Numbered from the stretch's first letter, positions 50,901 to 64,000 are shown. The stretch: 64,000 bases of DNA from Balanoglossus misakiensis (GCA_040954595.2 CM082580.2:9588390-9652389); one strand, 5' to 3'. Program-made: numbers and translations. Notes: generated from the sequence alone by a model not told the origin.

Positions 50901-53900
50901 CACAAAGCACTAAAAGAGTTTAGAGAAAATGTTATTTCATTTCATATACATGTACATGTACACATGTATTATACTTTTAAAAAAGTGCATTGTACAATCA
51001 TGTACAAACGCATTTTAACACGTACATGTACTATACACCCTACATCATAGAAGTACAATCATAGACACGCAAGAAAGTACAATCATGTATGTATACATTT
51101 ACGACTTACAAAATTATTATTTACGTCGTTGCATGAACAGTATCAGTAATAAGTTGTTGATAGCAAAGGAAAATGTTGCATCTTAAAAAGGACAAATGAT
51201 GTCATTTAGCACAACAAGCAGTATACACACATGTACATGTATACACCACACTGACGCACACGTGCTCGCGCACGTACACACACACAAACTTCTCTGCACT
51301 TCTGGTTACACCAGTGGATACATTCAACTACGACAGCTTCACACGCACACACATGCACATCACCAGCAGTGGTGCCTAGCATCCCAGTTAATACGCCCTC
51401 TGAGGAGATTTATGTCTTTAACATTAAAATGTCAGGGGGTCAAAATGTTCAGCATATCTGGGTGCATTTAAAGTCTGAAAGCAATAAGACCCCGCTGTGT
51501 TAGTTTCAGAGAAATATGCAACCCACGTAACACAACTAGCAAAGGGTCAAAGTACAAATATGCGTTTGAGCTGACCTGGCTTGTATTAAATATAGTTTTC
51601 CTGATAAATAATCCCTGTACACACTGACTACAGTCTTTATAGGTACTATTTGTTGAAAAACGTGCTAGTATTCTCAACAGTGGGGGCACAACTTCTCATT
51701 CCAGTGTTTCACAAACAAGTCATCACGGATGACATCACGGCAGAGAATTTGTAACCGCATGCGTTGTACAACAGTGAAAATACCTCAGAGTGTTCTGGCT
51801 TTTGACCAATGTTAAATGGAAATAATTTCAGGCATGGTTGAGAAACGATACGGCAGACACCAACGCAGAGAACTTCTTGTATTGTACAACATTGTTGTTA
51901 GGCACCTGTGACTGTGCTGAGAATTATTCGAGAGCAAAAGTGACATGTACATATATGTGTAGAGGTACATGGAGTACAGAGCATTGAGGCAGGGATCTAG
52001 TGAATCACATAATTTATTTTCTTTCGCAGGGTGGCCACAAGATAAAAAGTGCACCACGAAATGTTCATCATTGAATGATTAAGAAACACCCTTTTGACCA
52101 TACATGTGTATGTATGTCTATGTAAATTAAGAGTGATTGTACACCTTTAATACGGTATGACACAACATGAGTTTGATCGTCACAGTATAAATGTACATGT
52201 AAGAGTAGCTTGAAGACCACTTATCCCAGTCTGGTGCTGTCATACGTATATTAACAGCTACTGCCAAACAAAATAAAGCAACAATATTTTGATAATTTAG
52301 TGAGTGATAATATCAAAAAATTTCAGTTAGCAAGCAGGGCTACTTGGCAACGCAGGATACCTGATAGTTGGGTGACTACTACATGTACAGTATACCGGTA
52401 CAAACACTGATCATATTCGCATTGACTGACTTAAAACAGGCATACAGTGTATTGTTGTCTATACTCACCGGACCTGAATGTACTGGTACGCTGATTATAC
52501 CAGCACTGTTGAGTGTGGCATATCTGCCTCTCTTGGAAACTCTCCATGCCTGAGCCTTTAAAACCAGAGAACTGCTATTTCAGTTTGCTAGGCAGGAATG
52601 AAAGAAACTAAGATCTTCCAAGCTCACGGGCAGCGTTACTGCTTTGCGAGTTGTTGTCGGTCGGTCATTCACCTGGAGAAGCCCCCTAAATCATGCGAGC
52701 AGACAATACAAACAGACGTCTCAACGCCTAATGTGTACTTGTTGTAAAATGCAATACTACAATCACCGCGGTGGAAGTAAACAGGGTTGTGAAAGCAGCA
52801 CTCAACAGCCACCCCCCATTTGCGTCACGAGCGCGCTGTTCTATTTACTACGAACACTCCACCGGACTCAATGTCACCCCTGCCCACTGCGACAATAACA
52901 ATGGTTCCTACGTGCACGTTGTTGAGAGAGCCAGAGAGCCGTCACCCTCCATCTCTAGGGCTCTCAGTCATGTTCTGGCGATAAACAAACGCACTGCCCA
53001 CCGGGCACAGAGACAATTGCATGGCTCAATCTATCAACATCACATGAATCTGTTGTTCAACGAAAAACAACTGCTGAGCGGCTCTCTTTATCATGGTCTA
53101 CGAGGCCGTGCTTCATGTTCGCTTTGCCTAGTTAGATTTTGTATATACATTTAGATTCGTATACATTTTGAGTAACAGTATAGAATATATTCATGCAAGT
53201 TGTCGCTGTCATAGGCTCTGAAACTAAATGAATCAAGGAAAAAAGCCAGAAACATCATTTTGGCAAAGTGTGTCGCACGTACATGTACCATCAATATTCA
53301 GTGATTTGCACAATGTTTCATCTCAACAGGGGGATGGGGGGGATTCATCCTCCACACTGATATGTTGGCACCCTCTAGCAATTTGTAACAGCAAGATGAT
53401 TCTGCTCCAAACCCTCTCTTTCTCTGAGGCATATGTGTATGATTGATGAATACCTGTATACTGTACATGCTTCCCCGTTTGTGTTTTGAATCCACCTACA
53501 GCCTCATCTTCCGTCATCTACCAGCTCAGAGGGATTGCAATCACTGTCCTAGAATTCACTCATATGTAACTATGTCAGACATGTTTAGAATGCGAAGGGT
53601 GGCATGTACGTTTGTACGTGAACTGACAGTACCAATATTCTACATGTATGGTCCGTGAAGAGTGTGGTACAGGTCAACATAGCCGATGAACTAGCATATC
53701 AGAACCACAATGACTGGACCATTTAGTCAATAAAACGAGTGATTCAAAACATATCACACATAGATGTGCATGATGTGAAAGTGATTGGTGGTACCTGAGA
53801 TCACAAATACACTGTACATACTGTCATGTGAAAATTTCAGGTGCAAATGTACTTAGCACAGTTAAAAACACAGCAGCATTTTCAAGAAAGGAAAATCAGT

Positions 53901-56900
53901 AGACTTTACAAATACAATACATCGTCCATCATACATGTACATGTACTGTATGTATATACACACAATACACGATCTGCCCGGTTAATTCAAACCCAGCCAA
54001 AAGTCATTGGGAACGTACATGTGCACGGGGGTCACTGACCTGGCAAGCTTAATCGATTGTAATTTGTAATGCAGGAGGGCTGCTTACATTTACATTGGTA
54101 ATACCCATTATTCTAAAAAACAATTGCTCTTTGCGGGTACATGTACATTTATACAGAAACACCATGGCCCAGTCACAACAGAACTGACAGCCATTTGTCC
54201 GTGACTAGTAAACAGATGCAAAGCTGAGACTCACTAATCCACTTCTTAATACACACCACCCAGGTACATGTGCATTCCTCCGTTCCAACTCTCACCTCTG
54301 ACCGCCATCTACATGTATAGGCACCACACCAAACACTACATCATCATGAAATTGATCCACTTTGCCATTTAACACCAAGATACATTGTATTGACACCTGG
54401 ATTCACGACTGAGAACTGTGAAAACTGAGCAAACCTGTTCTAAAAAAATCAGGGCTGGTACATGCATACCAACAAGGTCTTTGTAAATGAAGACCAGTCC
54501 CAAAATTTGAGACCAGGCCGAGAAAGGAATTTTAAGCATTTTGAAAGCGGTCTCCCAAAAACTCCCTGCATGTATTTTGAGCGCCAATGTCAACAACTCC
54601 CATGATAATATCCACAGAAACAAGCTGTCAAAAAAACCCAACAATAATCACCACCATATCACATGATGGAACAAAGCTGTAAACAGCAATGATGAGGAAA
54701 GAGTCCTAATAAATCACATGGGTTTATGGAGTCGCCAGGACTGCAAGAATGTACGGCACATAACATTTTACACCATGCATACATTTATATTAAAAGCTGG
54801 CTATCACATCACAGCTACATGTAGTCTTTCACTGGGTTTTAATGTTTGATGCCCAAGTATTTCAGGGGATGCACATTTCTGCGTTATTATTTCTGCGTTA
54901 TCGCTTTTGTCACGACCCCAAACATTTTTCTAAAACACGTCGTTTCTCATTAAGATTTTCTAACTTCATGCACATGTACAAGTATTAGACATTATAACAC
55001 AGATGAAGCCACTGCTTGCCTTGCATTAGATTGTAGTACATTTGTAGTTGTATACACGTATGCGTCAATTTCATATGCTAATTTAATTTGAATAGGTCAT
55101 TAACTTACACATCATGTTAATAAGGTGAGGGCTCAGTCTGAAATGGTCTCAAAGGGGTGTCTTTTTTCCAAATTATAATGATAGAGGGAGCTCTTCCATA
55201 CTCCCCATGTCACGGGACAGGAAGTTTCATGACATAGCATACATGTACTGCACATACATAGTACATTGTAGTAAAGCACTGCTGTGAGGCCCGCCTGACA
55301 AGCAGGTTTCATTCATAAAAATGTCCTGTACTCCTGTTTGCTACAGTTTACCAACTTTCCTTCAATCATTCACAGCTCTAATATCTGTACTTGTTAATGT
55401 GTCAAATTATATAGCTTACAGAAGAAAAATATAAAACCATGGTAACAAGAGGTCTGCACATTTACAGGAAGAGCCAAAGGTGACACTTCCTGGGCACCTT
55501 TGAACCAGATTTCCTGTTAAAAATGCGGCCATCTCTCTTATCTGGTGAATGTACCATACATGTAGATAGCAAAAATAAAACAAATGTCTATGACAGAGAG
55601 TGTGTCACTCAACATTGACAAACACTTGACGTGCACATGTTTGTCTCAATACATTCTCCTTATACCGTGTCACAATCGTGACACCTGAAGAGAAAATCTC
55701 AAAACAAAACAGCTGTCAGGCAGCCATCCTCGTGTCAGGTTCACATAAACCATGTCAGATATATTTCAGTTATGAAATGATCGTAACAAAATGTTAGCCA
55801 TAATTGTTAACACTGTGACACAAATTGATGTTCATACACTTTATGTCATGGTCAATATATACCATTTGTTATATTTAAAATAAAACTTATTTCAGTTTTA
55901 GAAACATGGTCAAGCAATGTCAGTGAATAGGCTAGCCATATTTGAATATGAATAAATAAGACCAGGTATGTATGATTGTTGATCATGGCTCTCGACATGA
56001 AAATATTACCCAAAAATGGCTGCCGTGTGGCTGTCTTGGATCACATCACAAAACAGAACTGGTGTGCACATACATGTACCAAGTACGAGTGGATTCAAGA
56101 GAGCACCCGGCTGCCATGGCGACGTACAATCAAGTCTGACTGATGCTTAAACAACCATCACGATTCTCTTAAGTCACCTGAACTTAATTTGATGGTACAT
56201 TGAAAGGTAGGAAAGGAATCTGACACACGATCCACAGAAGTCATTAATAAATGGGAAATTGCTGTTCACTTATTAGGAGTGTATGGTGCTCTGGCGTCTT
56301 TACATTGCATATCCAGCTGTGAAAATGGGTTTGCACATGGCAGTTTGCTATCTTATCACCACTTACCTGTCACGGATGATGACAGCAGAGTCCCCACACA
56401 AGTTTAACTGTGTGGGTGGACTGGACTTGATGTCTCGTTGGTCATATGCACCATCTCACAAAGTAATAAATGCAGTCACCATGTGTGTATATTACATGTA
56501 TGTACGTATATTCTAATGAATTTACAATGCCATGCCATTCTCAAATTCTAAAAAAATTCATCCCATAGCTATTATGATGGTACATGTTACACATGTAAGA
56601 TCAGAATACACTCTAGGTCACATTAGATGTGGTCAAATGCTATTGGTTTATTAGATGCAGGCACATGTAATATGTGGTTTGGGAAAGACAGAAACATCAC
56701 TACCATCCTTACTATGAAAATATCCATAGATCTGGAAGAACCCTGGTTACTCTGACTTGGGGAACCTCAGTAAAATTCACCCCCGGATAAAATATTGTAC
56801 AATAAATTCAACGCAACCAAACTGCACGTTTTTTTTACTAGATTTTACATTCGGTACCTGCTTCAAAAACATCTCTGCTGTTTCCCACAGTGCATTTTAT

Positions 56901-59146
56901 CGATGGCTATTTTTACCGTTTATGGTCTCTCGGTGAAGGGGAAACATGGCGCTCTTTGACATTTATCATAACATGCAATTACGGCACCCCAACCAATGAA
57001 ATTACTGTTTCTATAAAAAGCTGGCTAAAACACTTTCTCTTGCCTCGACAAACTCAACCAACCAAACCCTAAAAAATAGTCTTTGTGGGTAAAGTAAATA
57101 TTATGAAATGTAAAAATTGTAAGAGGATCAATAAAACATGTCAAATTAATATACATTTTAAAGAATTGATGACTGTTTATACATGCCTGACTGCTGTTGG
57201 ATAATACAATGAAACAAATGAACCATCTGTCTTTTCTGACATATACCCTCATCTAACTAAGGGCATAATTAATAACTGTTAAAAACAACTCTGGGGTTTT
57301 TATTTCTTTATTGCTGTAAAGCCTGGAAGCATAGATCACGTGTGCGGCTGAATAATATTAATTCATGTTTTTTTTTCCATATATCTCATTTACTCCATTT
57401 TTGTTGGAAAACAAACAAAAGTAAACAAACAAAAGACAGTGTCGAAGGCTTTGTGCTCCCATTTGAACAGAATTGTTATATTCAAGTCTACATATATGTG
57501 TACGGTACATCAGTTAACAGAAGGACCCATACTGATCAATTATTTCTAACAAACCCAAAATTAGATATGTGCATAATTTATGAGATGAATAAATTGATGG
57601 AATACATTCCTGGAACTGTCCGAACCATACTCGCCAAATAGTTTCCGAAAGATATTGACCCGAAATGGCAGAAATTACAATTGATATCTCCGCTACAAGA
57701 TTTGCAAATCGTCAGACATTGTAAGGTCACCTCAAGAACCCTGCAAACCAAGCATCAAAGCAATTATGTAGAGTTTTTTGACATGTTCGATGTTGTCTAA
57801 CATCTATTACGTTGCATAACCGAGTTACTTTACTGCACAAGAGTTCGGGGAATGATCAGAATTGTGCGTGTACGGGACAGTACCTGCAACATTTTGCAAC
57901 TTATGCCCCAAGGAACAAAGTTAGCTTTAGACATATGAAAAGCCAACAGTGACCGGTGGTTCTGGTGTCCCTATGTCAGAAGCCTCTGCCTATGGCACAC
58001 AGAATCTCAAAAGTGAACAAGGCGCTACGTTTTACTGCCAAGTCAATATGCCCATTTAGGCACAAAAACAGCCCTATATAAAAACGGCACAATAGAAACA
58101 CTCTTCCTTTGACCTGTGATGACTAGAGATGTGTGGTTTTCGTATTCTTTGGATTTCATTGTATTTCTGACCTGCACAGACACAGAACCGAAGCCAAGCA
58201 GTGTAGATTACACACATGGTACATATGTACATTCGTATTTAAGAAAGACATCACGTTCACGTGGTCCAAAGAGACAGAAAAGGTCAGAGGTCAGCACAAC
58301 TGCTGTACGTCCATTTTCAAACAAGAGGGCAAGAAGTGCAGTGTACAACCATGGATTAAGTACCCTAGGCATGAAATGAATGCATTTATTAAAGGGACAC
58401 ATTTCTTGGTGTGGGCACATGAACAGCGCCCAGAAAATGCACTCTTTGCAAGCAACATAGCAGGCAGTACGAACAAACAACTAATTTTAGCTTCTAGATT
58501 AGATATAACCATCCTGTGTAATTTAATTTCAACTTGCCGGGTAATATAAACATTATTTTTATCCTTAACACACAATAAATGGACCCTCACAAGCATATAT
58601 GGCGATAAAAGGTCCCCTCCCCACATCAGGTCACGACCTCTGAGGGGCAATGTTATTAATAGTTTATGTACACTGTAGGGGATTTGCAGATGAAAAGTAC
58701 GTAAAACGGGAAATTTTCGCGAAGCGTAACAGTTAACACATTGGATATCGCGAAAATTTCCTGTTGCAAAATTTTCCCGTTTTACAGTAATCACCCAAAA
58801 TCATTAAGAAAAACTTTTGTTGACAGTTTATACCAGTCCATACAGATGTCTAAACATTTTATTACCATAGCTTCATTAGTGATACCAATAATTATAATTT
58901 ACATCAGAAAGTATGTCATCCCCACTCTTAAAACTATGAAGTACATTTAAATAAATTAAACAGAAAATTAGAATAATCATAAGCATATGTAATGGATCAT
59001 TACAGATCAACGCATTCCATATGCTTCTCTGATATTAACAGCCACTTCACAAACACACCATGGATCTAGCTCCATGATCACATATACACGCTAATATGTC
59101 CATAACCACAGTCAGAAAATGCTTTACCTTGGGGTTGGGAGCTCAT
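17110..59146 (-). CDS. HDAC4: Class IIa histone deacetylase (HDAC4/5/7/9-type), 27 coding exons, 1131 aa
   Basis: Hand-spliced GT-AG exons, phase-consistent: 59128-59146, 35170-35238, 33325-33545, 32052-32193, 31685-31802, 31401-31513, 29831-29950, 28351-28463, 27892-28029, 26280-26400, 25708-25827, 25356-25470, 23616-23787, 22308-22595, 21996-22083, 21654-21794, 21249-21382, 20931-20980, 20651-20718, 20409-20512, 19920-20117, 19506-19625, 18958-19055, 18613-18731, 18231-18449, 17435-17579, 17110-17152 (3396 nt). Motifs: N-terminal MSSQ, Q-rich helix, MEF2-binding [45 protein letters not shown], 14-3-3 sites GRTQSAP and SRAQSSP, VKQE SUMO site, HQCTCG..HPEH Zn module, [43 protein letters not shown]-terminal EPMEEE. 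The first two exons are less certain than the rest. Confidence 0.95.
19660..19779 (-). mobile_element. tRNA-derived SINE fragment joined to a MITE-like end
   Basis: Pol III B-box GGGGTTCGAATCCTG on minus (19682-19696), followed by repeated TAGAGAGGTGTC units and a TACAGTGAAACCTGTC-type terminus ending at 19779. Confidence 0.45.
25541..25684. repeat. Minisatellite, about 2.7 copies of a 53-54-bp unit
   Basis: AAATGGGTGTG(C/T)CAC(T/C)CAAATATGGCT(A/G)CCTCT recurs at 25544, 25598 and 25651. Confidence 0.9.
35936..40080. promoter_or_regulatory. Three perfect MEF2 sites (CTAAAAATAG) in HDAC intron 1
   Basis: CTAAAAATAG at 35936-35945, 37033-37042 and 40071-40080, all matching the YTA(W)4TAR consensus. 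Confidence 0.55.
38713..39475 (-). CDS. Putative alternative first coding exon of the HDAC gene (254 aa, unrecognised domain pair), or an intronic single-exon gene (301 aa, to 38570)
   Basis: GC-rich ORF with Kozak-like AAGATGG and an upstream in-frame stop. CAAG|GTAAAA donor at 38713/38712 falls in phase 1, matching HDAC exon 35170-35238. Beyond the donor the ORF reads into G-run/(GT)n low-complexity sequence. Confidence 0.7.
47209..47343. repeat. Tandem duplication, 2 copies of about 63-69 bp
   Basis: TAATCCATATCAGCTTAACTGTATTTA...ATGGGGATCAAAACACAAAAAGT.CA.GTACAT occurs twice. Confidence 0.9.
47918..47980. repeat. (TTTC)n microsatellite
   Basis: About 15 TTTC units, read directly. Confidence 0.95.
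49404..49465 (+). mobile_element. tRNA-derived SINE head (pseudo-tRNA)
   Basis: A-box TGGCCTAGTGG, anticodon-like loop CTCACAA, B-box GGGTTCAATTCCC; no intact acceptor stem. Confidence 0.7.
49582..49702. mobile_element. About 120-bp foldback / MITE-like long inverted repeat
   Basis: TAAAAAAAAAATACATGGAGAAAGTGTGGCTGGAC...AAGGTTTACTTT pairs with AAAGTAAACCTT...GTCCAGCCACACTTTCTCCATGTATTTTTTTTTA, with a short central loop. Confidence 0.85.
58698..58789. mobile_element. MITE with terminal inverted repeats
   Basis: TAC-GTAAAACGGGAAATTTTCGC ... GCAAAATTTTCCCGTTTTACAGTA, TA at both ends, plus internal TTTTCGCGA / TCGCGAAAA repeats. Confidence 0.75.
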
Positions 59147-60361
59147 TGTATCTACTCCTCAGGGTCTCCAGACGAAAAAACTGTACCCCCCGCTCTCCTC
59201 AAATTGGAAAAAGATTTGCTCAGACAGATGACTATCCTCTTCAAACGTAAATGAAACACAAACTTGCTTATGCGTGCAGAATTCTGGGTACTGTTAGCGT
59301 TACACTATGAACCACTTGCATGAAAACTTTTGAATGGATCTAGAAACCAGAAAAGTAAACAATAACAAAACAATTAGCTGGAGGCTGGGGAAAAGCAAAA
59401 AAAAAAGCAAATTAAAATACTGGTACATATATTTCATAATATACCGGAAGCATATTCGGAGCCAAGTCGACTCCACACTTATTATTCACAGTGTGCATTG
59501 CCTTTATTATGAAAAGTAGCTCTGTGCTATTTTTATCCTCAATAAACAAACTGTCGACATTTTCGGTCGAGAAAATTTAGATACATACCGCTCGCTCTAG
59601 TTAGAATATTCGTTCAGCGCGGTGACATTAAAAATGTCTACCGTAAATATTTGATAAAAGAAACGCAGATAAATAAACAAACTTCGACTTAAAACAAATA
59701 ATAAAGCTGGTTTCCGACCCTAAACAGGAAGATTCACATTCACGGCTTCAGCTGAGGTGATTTTTCACACATTTTAAATTGACTATCGAGCTCATTCGAG
59801 TTGTATCCTGTCAGTGTATCGCATTTTATCTAATATTTGCGTTGGGAAGGCATAATATTCGTAGAGAAAACTAGGGTGTGGGCTTCATCGTACCCGCTTT
59901 TCAGAACGGATTGTTTCGGTTTTATATTATGGTGGACGTGGACAGCGGTTGTGATGACGCGCGTGTGCCGATATCCAGCTCGGCCGATGGTTACAACCCT
60001 GGTCGTTTACGTTCACACGCTGGGTTGCCGTACGTACGTGCCCAAACAAACTCGGAGTGGGCCTGGCCGTCGACTGGCCGAAAATTTGACCGCAATGGCA
60101 CTTGTGGAAAGCGAAAACAACATACCGAACAGCCAACCGATTCAATTACAAGATGGCTGCAGAAAGCAGCGATAAAATCTCAGCAACCAACCCTAGGCAA
60201 CGTGACGGAAAGTCCGTAGAATTTTTTCACCGTAAAAAACCACGGATACCTCGGGAGATATGAACCCAGCACAGCGGGCGTGTTTACCTCTGTTCCACGC
60301 TAATACCACTGTTGAAAAAATTAGGCGGCATTATCACTTCCTATATTAGTCATAGTCTTAC

Positions 60362-60540
60362 CTGATATGCTAAAGTCTTGGCTAAATTCCTCATAGGAGG
60401 CCACTAAAACGAGAAGTTTTCAGAGCCAACCGCCATGATGATAGCTAAAAATAAGCCCAGCTCGACAGAGCTTCGCCATTATGTTGTACCACGTGACAGC
60501 GAGGGCCAATGACGACCAAGAAGCTGTCTGCTATTTTTAG
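60362..60540 (-). promoter_or_regulatory. Probable HDAC promoter and non-coding first exon
   Basis: Strong CAG|GTAAG donor at 60362/60361. MEF2 sites CTAAAAATAA (60445-60454) and CTATTTTTAG (60531-60540), E-box CACGTG (60490-60495), CCAAT (60506-60510), YY1-like CGCCAT. CpG-rich stretch at about 59.9-60.3 kb. Confidence 0.6.
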
Positions 60541-63500
60541 ATGAACACACAATAACATGATTGATGTTGCAAATACTGTGATAGCATCAGAGTGGAATCC
60601 TGCAATTATAATGAGCTATGTAGACCAATTTTGGAAAAAGTAACTGCCATATTGCATCCGACCCGAGCCCATCGCGGAGGATTTGAGAATCGACACAAAA
60701 TCTATGAGTATAATTTATTTCACTGAAACCGTTAATACTATCCCGGTACATGAAGATCTGATAATACTTAGCCAGGGAGTAGGCCTACAGACAAAGGATG
60801 GATGGATGCAATTCACTCTATTTTTAGTAACACTTTTTTTGCCACAAGGACAGGCATGCAGTGTATTTTTGTAATAAACATATGCAACCCGGCGATATGG
60901 ATGGCCTTCTGTGCGATATATACGTTTGCTAAATATGACACCCTATCAATCGCGAAAACAGCACACGGGATATGTTTATCCTGTAGCACACGAATAAAAT
61001 GCTTCGCGTCGATGAATATTCAATACAAAAATACCCCGCTATTCTCTATTTTTGAAGTGGCCATTGCAAATAGATTGTAGCCAAACAGGAGGGAAATGTA
61101 ACATATGTTTCCGAGGTAAATTACTGTACAAAGAAATAAAATTCACACCACCGCTTGGTGACGCGGAAATATGTCCCCTCTATCGGGGGGGGGGGTTGTA
61201 TATTACACTACTAAGTATTTTGAATGATATCCCTGAAAACCCAATGAAACATTTTGATAACGCCTGGTTATCCCCACTTTAAAGTTCTACGCGTCCGCAC
61301 TGAAATACTACAGCGACGCTTCTGCACCGTGCTTAGGTTGCTACACGCCGTGTATTTAGTATAACGAGTCGAGGAAACCTTTCCCCCTGCTCTACTATGT
61401 ATAATAAACAGATTTGTTCTTTAATATCATTGATAATGGTCTCTATTTTGGACATTTTTGAGTACAAAATAAGTGTCTGTCGTGCGGAATGCAAATAAAA
61501 TGTAAGTACCAGTTTCTCAGTGGCATTCGAAAAAGAAATGCGGTATTTTACCTACCTGTTTTACGCATTGGCCTGGCAACTGCCACTTCCACACCCGATT
61601 CATCAATAAAACTGTTGAGACATATTGTTGAGACTCCAACTGCAGAGAGCTGCTGGAACTTGAAATATAGCCACTCTGATTTATACACTTATGCGATTTT
61701 TTATTATTATGAAACCGGTTCAAGGGAAACTGGGACACGCAGGTTCTGTAGCATCAAAATCGTATATTCGTTTTATATAGCAACGCGTTGTCGATGCGCA
61801 TATTGGAAAGCGCTCTTGGAAATACATATACACGCCATACGCCCGCCAGCTTTATTTTCACACAATGATTATAATTTCTGTATTCGGCATTACAGACAAC
61901 GACCTATTTCAAATTTGATAATCACTCGAGGGTTTGCTCAATCTATCACAACCTCGTTGCGGTGTTTACTGACTGATCCGAAAGTTACTGAATAGAAGAC
62001 GTATTGAGTCAAGGTTTTGTAAATTGTACGCAGAATTCTGGTTGTAAACGAGCGACGAACCCCATACGGTTTTACGTAAATGGGGCGTGAGATACTAGTA
62101 GAATGACAAAATAACAAACATGTATAGGCCTAAGGACCTTCAGTGTCAGGTCTAGTTCAAGAACGTCCAACGAACGGGGGCGAGCAGTGCGAGAATGAAG
62201 AAAGGCGGAATTTCCAAAACACGTCGACCGTGAAAGGGGTATACGCCCACGTCATTCAGAAGTTGTTTGGGTTCTAAAAGGCAAAACGAAGCGTGAACCT
62301 ACGTGCCTGACGCTAGACGTGTAAGAATTACCAAGAACGGTCAAGGTCCATGCGTTCAAAGCAAAAAATAAAATTAAACGTGAACTTGTCACGCGAGCAA
62401 GCACTTAAAAATAACTCGAACGTGTATTGTAAGGACTATGATGGGGCAATGAATATTCATGTAAACACTGTCTACCAACGAAAGTCCTCTGAACTGTCTC
62501 CGATATAGGGTTTTGACCTGATCGTATATATAAGGGTGATTGGTTGGTGGTATACCTGTAATATCAAGCTCAAGATTGTCTATCGACAAGCCAGACAACC
62601 TCGGAAACGTAGATGGTTTCACTGGCCTTTGATATCAGCGCCATATAACAGTAATAGCATGCGGAAAATTTAAAGAAAAAGCTATATAGCGACACAGGGA
62701 CATAAGGTTAAATAATATAATTTCTCGAACAATTTCTTGGGAATGATTTCTTGCGCCTGACTAGGTAGCTTGTTGGTCGACCTATACTTGAGGGTTGAAG
62801 TATATTAAATTTTTTCTCAAGGAAGTTCAATTTTTCTCGCATGTGTGGACACGAGGGACAATCCCTTTTTTTCTCTTCTGAGTCACTTGTCACAGGAATA
62901 AATCGAGTGGCCTTTTTGAAAGTGATGTTTTTGCTATGTTGTGTGGATAAGTACAATTATTCCACACATTCTTACCAGATTGACGCACTCTAAAACTGTG
63001 AAGGGTGATTCGAGTAGTGGACTGCAAATGTCATATTTTTCGTGTCCGTTGTCTGAAGGCCAAGCAAGTCACGCGTCAACAAAGCATACCCACGCATCAC
63101 AACAGATAATCAAAACCCAAGCAAGGAAGAAATAATGTTGGAACCCTCTGTATAAAAATCGGGATGTAACGTCAGGTGTTACGAAAAGAGTGAGCTAACC
63201 CATGCCTGGCACCCAATTGGAAATTGCACACTTTACAAAAAACCACACTGTTGGCATCTGAGATCATTTGTCTAACGGCCACAATATGACCAGCCATGAA
63301 AGCGCTGGCTACGAGTAGCCTTGGACCAACACTTTATCACAGAGAAGTTTTTTGCGCCTGGTGAAACATTCCGCATACGCAGTGAACGTCCTTGCATAGC
63401 AACGCCGTGCGTGGATGCCATATCACAGCATGCTTTTTCGACCCAATCATTCTTGGAGTTTGCCACACACAAGTCAACTTGGACCAGGGATTTCTCCGCG

Positions 63501-63587
63501 GATTGTAATACTAAAGCAGAATGGAATTGCGTCTTCGTACTCAAACAATCCGGCCAATTTGTATTTATTTGTCAAAAAACATAGTTT

Positions 63588-63640
63588 CATCATCATCATC
63601 ATCATCGTCGTCGTCGCTGCCGCCACCACCACCACCACCT
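63588..63640. repeat. Graded trinucleotide repeat (CAT)n(CGT)n..(CAC)n
   Basis: catcatcatcatcatcatcgtcgtcgtcgctgccgccaccaccaccaccacc, read directly. Confidence 0.85.
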
Positions 63641-64000
63641 TCATTCTGTAGTACAAAAGATGTGTCCGACTGCAAAGTTTATCACACCAGTTGATTTAAT
63701 CCGTCAACAAAAGTTGTGAACACATTCCATGAAACGCAATGTCGCACCCACTTCAGTTTCTTTTACGCATACTGTATCACTTCCCACCGCAATATAGCTG
63801 GCAGTTATCCTCGTCGAGATGTAGGGCATGCGATTAAAGCCGTATCGACAAGTATGGCGGTCGATTTTGTTTACTCCATCGCTTTACGTCCCGTCGCGGC
63901 TCGCGACCTGCAGCGAGCAGTCGCTCACGATTATTGCCCACTGTACATGTCAAACACGACTCCAGGAAAATATCTGGCAATAGGGCTGCTGTTTTTTCTC

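Noticed and set aside
59837-60219. Overlapping + strand ORFs (112 and 113 aa) near the HDAC promoter
   Set aside because: Expected in a CpG/GC-rich promoter-proximal region; no recognisable domain.
61489-63584. Several 70-170 aa ORFs, including an LLLYGADI ankyrin-like string near 62630-62655
   Set aside because: No consistent exon chain; the string is followed at once by a stop codon.

Overview
Eukaryotic (metazoan) genomic DNA, AT-rich with GT-AG introns; protein features suggest an invertebrate deuterostome (inference). Bases 1-5380 are a highly homogeneous 87-bp tandem satellite (about 62 copies, running off the left edge); its long ORFs are an artefact of the 87 = 29x3 period. Two minus-strand multi-exon genes were reconstructed by hand with consistent splice phases. 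The first is a white/scarlet-type ABCG half-transporter (18 exons, 5731-11902, 644 aa) with a degenerate ABC signature. The second is a class IIa histone deacetylase, HDAC4/5/7/9-type (27 coding exons, 17110-59146, 1131 aa), with a probable promoter near 60.4-60.5 kb and a probable 3' UTR of about 4 kb. The most striking observation lies in the 24-kb first coding intron of the HDAC gene. A GC-rich ORF (ATG 39475) ends at a phase-1 donor (38713) that matches the phase-1 acceptor of HDAC exon 2. This predicts an alternative HDAC isoform with an unrecognised 254-aa N-terminus built from two diverged ~95-aa repeats, next to a cluster of MEF2 sites. Several MITE-like hairpins, tRNA-derived SINE pieces and simple repeats are also present.
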